Assembly: GCA_040830765.1 (NCBI GenBank)
Contig: JBFOMH010000017.1
Span: forward strand, 288,001 to 352,000
Direction: 5' to 3'
Origin: Puniceicoccaceae bacterium
GTDB taxonomy: Bacteria; Verrucomicrobiota; Verrucomicrobiia; Opitutales; Oceanipulchritudinaceae
Length of the DNA: 64,000 nucleotides
Made by a program: the position numbers and the translations under genes. Below, piece after piece: positions 57,391 through 64,000 of the stretch (positions within the stretch are counted from its first letter, which is position 1; every line of letters begins with the position of its first letter). Under the pieces are notes generated by a model. That model was not told the origin of the DNA and ran no database searches. It saw nothing but the letters and a program-made list of their open reading frames with translations.

Positions 57391-57918
57391 CTACATTCTT
57401 GAAATTTCAGACTCCAGATCCCAGCCGAGGTTGTAGAGGAACTGTTTCTGGAAAAAGCACCACGGCCAGGCAAGGGCGTAGACAATGGCCGCACTGAAGA
57501 GCATGTCGATCAGGATGCGCTGCCAGTAATTCCATTGATCCCATTGCTGGAATCCCAGCAACATGGCCATGGCGAGTACCCAGAATGCCTGGACACCAGC
57601 GGCCACCGCACGAACGTGCGTCCGGTTCTGTCGCCGGATCCGGCGCTGGAAGTTGACGTAGATCAACCAGAGGAGGAGATAACCGGCAACGTAGGTACCG
57701 TCCGGTGCCGGGTGAATGGAGTCGGCCAGGAATCCCAGGATGGCCGTGTAGACCAGACTCGAAATCCGGTTCAGGTGCAGTCCGAAAAAGAGGATCAGAA
57801 GCGCGTCCAGATGCAGGTGAAGGGACCATGCTCCCAGCAGGAAGTTAATTTCCCCGGCAATAAAATAGAGCAGCAGGTTAAGCAGGAATACCAGTGATAT
57901 CCGCCCGTTGTCGCTCAT
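57391..57918 (-). CDS. mreD: MreD-like membrane protein
   Basis: About 5 TM helices, GFLAD motif, located between mreC and mrdA. Confidence 0.65.
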   Translation of the reverse strand: MSDNGRISLVFLLNLLLYFIAGEINFLLGAWSLHLHLDALLILFFGLHLNRISSLVYTAILGFLADSIHPAPDGTYVAGYLLLWLIYVNFQRRIRRQNRTHVRAVAAGVQAFWVLAMAMLLGFQQWDQWNYWQRILIDMLFSAAIVYALAWPWCFFQKQFLYNLGWDLESEISRM

Positions 57919-58760
57919 TGTGAATTCCCTCCACGCGATTCCAGCGGAATCAGGACGGCCACTTCCCTCAGGCTTTGAAGGCGGGGATCGAGCATCACTT
58001 TGCCGCTCTGGAACAATCCGTCCGGCGAGGCTTCGAGGACGTAGACCCAGCCCAGGGTCAGGCCGTCAGGGAAGATTCCGCCGAGTCGGGAGGAAGTCAA
58101 TCTGACGGGATCCTTGAGACTGGTCTCGATATCGGCCGGAACAGTGGAAACGGTTCCATAGGCTGGCTGGAGGCCGGGATTGATACCACCCCGGAATTCC
58201 ACCGGGCGGTTGTCCCCGTCGACATGGGCGGCGGTCCGGAAGAGGGGACTGCTGATCAGTTCAACTGTCGAGGTGTAGGCACCGACCTTGGAAACGCGCC
58301 CGACAACTCCCCCTGAGAATATGACGGCCTGGCCCGGTTCGATTCCATAATTGATGCCTTTCCGAATAACCAGGGACTGCCACCATGCCGTCAGGTCACG
58401 ATGAATGACCCGGGCCACTTCATACCGATATTCAGGAAAGGACGGGAGGTCGAAAAACTCCTCAAGGCGGCGGATCTCCGTTTCCAGGTCGTCGGCCTGT
58501 TGGTTGCGAAGGGCATAGGCGGCATTGAGGCGGGCCAGGTCAACCCCGACCTCGATGAGCTCGCTCTTGCTGTGGCTGCGGGTAGTCCAGTAGGAACGGA
58601 GATCGCGGATGTAACTGAGGGCGGTCCACGCTGGAGCCTGGAACTCCTGGAAGACGACGCCTGTCCAGCGCTTGAAGAGACTCGGGGTAAACCACCAGAG
58701 CAGGAGGAGAAGAAGGACCAGCAGGAGGGACTTTGCCTGGTAGGTGAAGTTCCGTGGCAT
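57915..58760 (-). CDS. mreC: Rod shape-determining protein MreC
   Basis: N-terminal TM, coiled coil, ARVI, KG-x-x-x-GI, GVVGRV, SSRLGGIFPDGL. Confidence 0.9.
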   Translation of the reverse strand: MPRNFTYQAKSLLLVLLLLLLWWFTPSLFKRWTGVVFQEFQAPAWTALSYIRDLRSYWTTRSHSKSELIEVGVDLARLNAAYALRNQQADDLETEIRRLEEFFDLPSFPEYRYEVARVIHRDLTAWWQSLVIRKGINYGIEPGQAVIFSGGVVGRVSKVGAYTSTVELISSPLFRTAAHVDGDNRPVEFRGGINPGLQPAYGTVSTVPADIETSLKDPVRLTSSRLGGIFPDGLTLGWVYVLEASPDGLFQSGKVMLDPRLQSLREVAVLIPLESRGGNSQ

Positions 58761-58764
58761 TCCC

Positions 58765-59784
58765 TTAGGCCCGCGTCTTCATGAGCCAGTGCAAGTTCTG
58801 CAGGACGACGCCGGTTCCGTTGGCCACCGCTGAGAGGGGATCTTCAGCCACGAATACGGGCAATCCGGTAGCATCGCTGAGCAACCGGTCGAGATTGCGG
58901 ATCATGGCCCCGCCACCGGCGAGGATAAAGCCCCTGTCAACGAGGTCTGCGGAAAGTTCAGGCGGGCATCGTTCCAAGGCGTTGCGCACCAGTTCGGTTA
59001 TGGAATTGATGGTATCGGCCAGGGCCTCACGGATTTCCTGGGATGAAATATGCAGGGTCTTGGGCAGGCCGGCAACGGAATCACGGCCCTTGACCTCCAT
59101 CGTCAACTCCTCGTCCAGCGGAGATGCCGAGCCTATGCGCATTTTGATTTCCTCGGCACTGCGATCACCGATCATGAGATTGTAGGCGCGCTTCATGTAG
59201 TTGACGATAGCAGCGTCCAGTTCATCTCCGCCGACTCGGATGGATTTGGAATAAACAACTCCGGAGAGGGAGATAATGGCGACTTCGGTGGTCCCGCCGC
59301 CGATGTCGACAATCATGTTGGCGGTCGGTTCATCGATCGGAAGCCCAACCCCAATGGCGGCTGCTACCGGCTCCTGAAGCAGGCGTACCTCGCGGGCACC
59401 GGCATGGATGGCGCTTTCCTTGACCGCCCGCCGCTCCACCTCGGTAATGCCCGAGGGAACAGCCACCACGACCCGCGGGGGGACAAAGCGCATGGTGTTG
59501 TTCACTTTCTGGATGAAGTACCGGAGCATCGCCTCGGTGATTTCAAAATCCGCAATGACGCCATCCTTCATGGGGCGGAGCGCACTGATGTTCATGGGGG
59601 TTCGACCGAGCATACGCTTGGCCTCGTCACCGACTGCAATTACCTCGCGCGTCTCGTTGTTGATGGCAACGACCGAGGGTTCCCGGAGGACGACCCCCTT
59701 GTCGCGGGCGTAAACCAGCGTGTTGGCTGTTCCGAGGTCGATTCCGATGTCGTTTGAAAAAATTCCGAGTGCCTTGCCGATCAT
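58765..59784 (-). CDS. mreB: Rod shape-determining protein MreB
   Basis: GIDLGTANT, EPSVVA, RPMKDGVIADF, VDIGGGTTEVA, AGGGA. Start taken at ATG 59784. Confidence 0.97.
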   Translation of the reverse strand: MIGKALGIFSNDIGIDLGTANTLVYARDKGVVLREPSVVAINNETREVIAVGDEAKRMLGRTPMNISALRPMKDGVIADFEITEAMLRYFIQKVNNTMRFVPPRVVVAVPSGITEVERRAVKESAIHAGAREVRLLQEPVAAAIGVGLPIDEPTANMIVDIGGGTTEVAIISLSGVVYSKSIRVGGDELDAAIVNYMKRAYNLMIGDRSAEEIKMRIGSASPLDEELTMEVKGRDSVAGLPKTLHISSQEIREALADTINSITELVRNALERCPPELSADLVDRGFILAGGGAMIRNLDRLLSDATGLPVFVAEDPLSAVANGTGVVLQNLHWLMKTRA

Positions 59785-59824
59785 GAAAGAGCTTTCCGTT
59801 GTGGCGTGATCTATTTCACTGCAA

Positions 59825-59852
59825 TTTTGACATATTTTAGGAGATGTCAAAA
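59825..59852. promoter_or_regulatory. Inverted repeat carrying TTGACA on both strands
   Basis: TTTTGACAT-N10-ATGTCAAAA in the divergent mreB/antiporter intergenic region. Confidence 0.5.
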
Positions 59853-60010
59853 CGGAAAAGGCTTGAAGCAGAGGGAGAAAGAAAAACGCCCGCCGATAAT
59901 TGGGGACCGGGTGGGGAAAATCTGCAAGTGGATGTTGCCGGTGGGCAGGATATCCCTACAACAAAAGCATGGTAACGTTAAGCCAGTTTGTGGCCGGGGT
60001 CGGGGATGGA

Positions 60011-62368
60011 ATGTTTTTCTTTGCCGCTGGTGATCCCGCTTCCGTGGACTGGCTGAGTGACTTTGGTCTGGTTATCGCCGCAGCCGGGATTGCGGTGGCG
60101 GTCTTCCACCTGCTCCGCTTGCCGGTCATATTTGGATATATTCTCGCCGGGGTGTTGATTGGGCCGCATCTCTTCAGCGAGTCACTGGTCAAGGATACCG
60201 CCTCGGTCCAGCAGATCAGCGAGCTGGGGATTATTTTCCTCCTCTTCTTCATTGGGATGGAGTTTGACCTGAAGCGCCTCCAGCGGGTTCTTGGTCCGGC
60301 CTTGATCAGCCTTCTGCTGCAGACGATATTCATGCTCTACCTGGCCCGGATGCTGGCCCCGTTTCTGGGCTGGAATCCCACCAGCACCCTCTTTTTCGGA
60401 AGCCTGCTGGCGATCAGTTCCTCGATGGTGACCGTCCGGGTGTTGCGGGACACGAAACAGATGCAGGCAGCTCCGGCTCAGTTCACCATCGGGATTCTCA
60501 TTCTTGAGGATGTGTTGGCCGTCATCCTGCTGGTTATCCTTACCGGTGTGACCGTTACAAAAACGTTCGACTGGGATGCAGCCTGGCTGGTCACCTTCCT
60601 GATGGGGATATTCGTCATCATGGTCTTTGTCATTGGCCGGGCATTGGTCCCGCGGGTCCTGATGGCGATCTGTGGCGAGGAGACGGACCAGGAAGTGATG
60701 ACCCTGGTCAGTACGGGCCTTGTCATGGCGGTCAGCCTGCTGGCTTTGCGCCTGAATTTCAGCCCCGCCCTGGGGGCCTTTGTTGCCGGGACATTGCTTT
60801 CCCAGACCCAGGTGGCCCAGACGGTGGAACGGATGAACAGGAGCCTCCATGATGTCTTTTCCGCCGTTTTCTTCGTTTCCATTGGGATGCAGATAGATCC
60901 GGCTCTGCTGTTGGGCAGCTTGCCCTGGATTCTCGCAATTTCCATTTTTGTTATTTGTGCCAAACTCCTTGCCTGCTGGGCCGGGCTGGTCCTCGCGGGC
61001 CAGACGGGACGAACGGCTTTCATGGCCGCCATGCCCAAAGCCCAGATCGGCGAGTTCAGCTTTATTATCGCCGGCTTGGGCAGTTCCCTTGGCGTGCTGG
61101 ATGATGAACTGACCCGGATTGCCTTTGGTGTGGCATTGGTGACGATACTTTTGACGCCGCCACTGACCAGCAGGGGGGAATCCATCTACCGGTTGTTTTT
61201 GAAGCTGGTCCCGCGGGGACTTCTGACCCTCTTCCAGACCTACCAGAAGTTCCTTGAAGGATTGCTTGTCGGTCTCGGGAGGAGTGTTGTCCTGAAACTG
61301 ATACGCCGGCCGGTAATTCAGATTTTCATCTATTTCTTCATCATCAACGGTCTGCTGATCACGGCCTCCTTCCTGGCTCCGTGGTATCTCCGCCTGATCA
61401 ATGATCTTCCCTGGCCCTGGGCCTTGCAGCTGGCCTATTGGCTGGTCATGGCGATTGTCGTATCGCCTTTCCTCATCGCTGTCCTGCGCAACCTCAATGC
61501 GATGTCGTATATCCTCTCGGATGCGCTCTTCAGTGGACCCCGGAGCAGCAACAAGTACTACCGCAAGCGGTTGCGTCAGATGTTGAGCACAGCCATTCTC
61601 GGCATCATTATGATCCCGCTGGTCCTTGTTTTCCTGGTGGTTGCAGCTCCCTACCTTCCGGATTCGACCCTTGCCGGGATGGCTTTCCTGATTGCCACGG
61701 CGGTGGTGTTCCTCGCCCGCAGCCGCCTCATCCACGTCAACAGCCAGATGGAGTATCTCTTTATCGAGTCCTTCCGGGCGGAGGTGGAGAACAAGGAGGA
61801 GCAACGCCGGGTTGAAATCCTCGACCTTATCCAGCAGCAGGCACCGTGGCCGGTGGAAATCGTCGATCTGACCCTGCCCCAGCATGCTGCCTGGTCAGGC
61901 AAGTTGATCCGGGACCTTGATTTGCGGTCGCGGTTCAAGGTGAACATCCTCGCACTTGGCCGGCGCTACTCAGTTGTCTATGATCCCTCTCCGGAAGCGG
62001 TTGTCTTTTCGGGTGACCGGCTGGTCCTTTCTGGAACACCGGAGGATATTGAGGCCGTCCGGGAAGCGATGCAGGCCCAGGTCAATCCGGAGGACAGGCC
62101 GGCACCGGCACCGGATCAGTTCCGCATGGAGCAAGTGTACCTGGGACCGCAGAGCGAGCTGGCCGGCCAGACTCTGGCGGGCGGGCGCATCCGGCAGCGG
62201 TTTGGCGTGACCGTTATTGGCATTCAACGCGGCGACGAGCGAATCGGTAATCCCGCTCCGGACTTCCTGCTGGCCGCCGGGGATGTCATCGTCGTCGCTG
62301 GATTGCCCTCGAAGATCGAGACCTTCGCCGGATCATGCGGCGAAAAACCGTTGCCAGTTGAGGCATAA
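60011..62368 (+). CDS. CPA2 family cation:proton antiporter with two C-terminal TrkA-C (RCK_C) domains
   Basis: GYILAGVLIGP, LLFFIGMEF, GILILED, LGAFVAG, FFVSIGM, QIGEFSFII; two C-terminal R-x-x-F-x-V-x-x-x-x-x-x-R...GD repeats. Start may instead be 59969. Confidence 0.9.
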   Translation: MFFFAAGDPASVDWLSDFGLVIAAAGIAVAVFHLLRLPVIFGYILAGVLIGPHLFSESLVKDTASVQQISELGIIFLLFFIGMEFDLKRLQRVLGPALISLLLQTIFMLYLARMLAPFLGWNPTSTLFFGSLLAISSSMVTVRVLRDTKQMQAAPAQFTIGILILEDVLAVILLVILTGVTVTKTFDWDAAWLVTFLMGIFVIMVFVIGRALVPRVLMAICGEETDQEVMTLVSTGLVMAVSLLALRLNFSPALGAFVAGTLLSQTQVAQTVERMNRSLHDVFSAVFFVSIGMQIDPALLLGSLPWILAISIFVICAKLLACWAGLVLAGQTGRTAFMAAMPKAQIGEFSFIIAGLGSSLGVLDDELTRIAFGVALVTILLTPPLTSRGESIYRLFLKLVPRGLLTLFQTYQKFLEGLLVGLGRSVVLKLIRRPVIQIFIYFFIINGLLITASFLAPWYLRLINDLPWPWALQLAYWLVMAIVVSPFLIAVLRNLNAMSYILSDALFSGPRSSNKYYRKRLRQMLSTAILGIIMIPLVLVFLVVAAPYLPDSTLAGMAFLIATAVVFLARSRLIHVNSQMEYLFIESFRAEVENKEEQRRVEILDLIQQQAPWPVEIVDLTLPQHAAWSGKLIRDLDLRSRFKVNILALGRRYSVVYDPSPEAVVFSGDRLVLSGTPEDIEAVREAMQAQVNPEDRPAPAPDQFRMEQVYLGPQSELAGQTLAGGRIRQRFGVTVIGIQRGDERIGNPAPDFLLAAGDVIVVAGLPSKIETFAGSCGEKPLPVEA

Positions 62369-62385
62369 CGTGCCAAAATTCAACC

Positions 62386-63045
62386 ATGGTACCACTAACA
62401 CTAGCCGAACAACTACTGTTACTTGCTCTTGATGATGATACCGGGAAATTGCTCCCTTTGCCGGACCGGGCCCTGGACTTTGCCCTGGCAGGAGCTATCG
62501 TGGCCGACTTGACGCGGGTCGGCCGCCTTGAGGTGACCCTGGATGCCGTGAGGATACTTGACTCCAGTCCGGTCGAATCCGTACCGGAGGACCTCGGTCT
62601 CCTTGACTTGGGACAGGCCGATGTCAGCAGCTTACGGGGCGCCTTGTCCCATCTGGCCGGGGATGCCCATGGTCTGCGAAAACGACTGATTGAGCAACTT
62701 GTCCGGAAGGGCGTATTGCGGGAGGAAGATCAGGAATTCCTCTGGGTTTTCCACTTCAGTCGCTATCCACTGGCGGACCCTAGCACCGAGGCAGCGGTGA
62801 AGCAGCGGCTGCGCAACAGGATTCGGGATAGTGAAATTCCGATATCCGACAGCGATCATGTATTGATAGCCTTGGTACATGCCTGCGAACTGGAGGACTT
62901 GCTGCTCTCCAAGGAAGAGCAGGAGCGTTGTCGCGAGCGCATCGAGGCGATTACCAACAGTGACCGCATAGGCCATGCAGTCGTCCAGTGCCTGGAGGAA
63001 ATCCAAAAGGCAATCCTCGAGATCCGCACCTATTCCGGAATGTAG
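62386..63045 (+). CDS. GPP34 (GOLPH3/Vps74) family protein
   Basis: LTLAEQLLLLALDDDTGK, LAGA-x-x-ADL-x-x-x-GR, LV-x-KGVL...FLWVF...RYP. Confidence 0.82.
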   Translation: MVPLTLAEQLLLLALDDDTGKLLPLPDRALDFALAGAIVADLTRVGRLEVTLDAVRILDSSPVESVPEDLGLLDLGQADVSSLRGALSHLAGDAHGLRKRLIEQLVRKGVLREEDQEFLWVFHFSRYPLADPSTEAAVKQRLRNRIRDSEIPISDSDHVLIALVHACELEDLLLSKEEQERCRERIEAITNSDRIGHAVVQCLEEIQKAILEIRTYSGM

Positions 63046-63063
63046 TTCCGGAAAAGAGCTTGT

Positions 63064-63879
63064 TCAGCGACTAATCTTCAACCACCGCTCATGTGTGGGT
63101 GGCTCGGTAAATGTGTCGTCTGCCAATGCCCCGGCAGGCGTAATCAAGCTGAAGGAAATTTTCCTAAAGGCCTTGCCGCGGAAGCGGTAGACATAGCCTT
63201 TCTCCCACCATGTTTCCCCGACCCGGGTCAGACCCGCAGGGGCCCGGTCAATCTGAACGGTTTTCCCGCCAATACTGTAAGGCTGGCGATAATTGATAAT
63301 ATGAAAGGACTGGGAGTCGAAAAGCACTTCGAGTTCCAAGTCATTGGACAGCCAGCCATGCAGGACATAGACGTCCCGCTTGGCGAAGGTGTCTTTCCCG
63401 CGATAGGCAAAGACATGACCGTTCTGGTCCATGTTGGTGAAAAGGAACGGGAGCATCGCGTCCAACTCCACCAATTGCTTTTCCAGACCGGTAAGTCGTC
63501 TCGGATTCTTCCTTTCCGGGAGCGCTTCCTGACGCCAGACATTCGGACCGTCGGTGGCGGTCAGGGTCACATAGTCATCACCCAGGTGGCGGATGGTGGA
63601 CTCATGGCGGATGCGGTTCGGCGCCTGAAGCAGTATCTTCAAGCTGTATTCCTTGATATTTTCGACAAGGTCCCCCTCAACGTGGAGAATCGACAGGGCC
63701 TGCAGCTTTGCCTCGCCTCCCCGGGCCTTCAAGTGAAGGTCAATGATTCGCTTGCTGGTCTTGTCCGTGGCGGAAGGCTTGTCCCCATCCACGGAGTCGG
63801 TGTCCCCCTGGCCGGAAAGGCCGGGAACAACAAGGGTCATTGTCACAAAGAGAATCAATAAATGGGACAGCTTCAGCAT
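63064..63879 (-). CDS. Exported hypothetical protein, possibly LolA-like/lipoprotein-sorting fold
   Basis: Signal peptide followed by IIDLHLKARGGEAKL, then a beta-rich region (PNRIR, TDG-x-x-x-W, LFD). Confidence 0.65.
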   Translation of the reverse strand: MLKLSHLLILFVTMTLVVPGLSGQGDTDSVDGDKPSATDKTSKRIIDLHLKARGGEAKLQALSILHVEGDLVENIKEYSLKILLQAPNRIRHESTIRHLGDDYVTLTATDGPNVWRQEALPERKNPRRLTGLEKQLVELDAMLPFLFTNMDQNGHVFAYRGKDTFAKRDVYVLHGWLSNDLELEVLFDSQSFHIINYRQPYSIGGKTVQIDRAPAGLTRVGETWWEKGYVYRFRGKAFRKISFSLITPAGALADDTFTEPPTHERWLKISR

Positions 63880-63940
63880 GACAGGTGGCAATCTGAGGCA
63901 ATCACCGACTGGATGCAAATGCTTTCCGATGGGGGAGTCC

Positions 63941-64000
63941 CTAAGCAGGTGGAAGAAGATCGGTTTCCTGTTGGAAGTACTTGAAAAGGTCGTTGATACA
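63941..64000 (-). CDS. 3' end of a gene continuing beyond the window
   Basis: Open minus-strand frame ...CINDLFKYFQQETDLLPPA* ending at TAG 63941; too short to identify. Confidence 0.35.
   Translation of the reverse strand, partial: CINDLFKYFQQETDLLPPA

Noticed and set aside
60182..61885. 567-aa antisense ORF (likewise 2819-4177, 19832-21211, 25022-26527, 28601-30007)
   Set aside because: They overlap well-supported genes on the opposite strand and show no recognisable motifs; such shadow ORFs are expected in GC-rich coding DNA.

Overview
A GC-rich, densely coding chromosomal window made up mostly of housekeeping genes. Gene content (a Minf_1886/TIGR04138-like gene, mcsA-mcsB-clpC in a lipid A-producing organism, nusA with no rimP, a PilX-like orphan) points to Verrucomicrobiota, probably Opitutia; this is an inference. 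In order: partial response regulator, small ORF, PilB/GspE ATPase, lpxK, PhnP-like hydrolase; on the minus strand CBS-pyrophosphatase, rnr, sucA-sucB-lpdA and dciA; NYN RNase and DUF2851; nusA-infB-rbfA-nrnA-truB-ribF; IMPase-ilvE-mcsA-mcsB-clpC; ACT protein; EF-G paralogue; FAH hydrolase; thymidine-phosphorylase-like gene; a REP-associated tyrosine transposase (RAYT) between two REP clusters; glmS-trpE; glgC; dinB; mutS, Minf_1886, M16 peptidase and PilX-like gene; esterase-tsaD-hisI-DUF58-transglutaminase; mreBCD-mrdA; CPA2 antiporter; GPP34 protein. The only mobile or repeat element seen is the RAYT locus (35148-36091). There a 146-bp block of GGAG-tagged palindromes is duplicated in direct orientation on both sides of the RAYT gene, and each copy begins at the TGA stop codon of the gene upstream. 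Other notable points are a thymidine phosphorylase homologue with remodelled catalytic motifs, an EF-G2 with altered GTPase motifs, and a rimP-leader-like attenuator kept although rimP is absent. No rRNA, tRNA or CRISPR array was recognised. All family calls come from motif recognition by eye; no database search was run.
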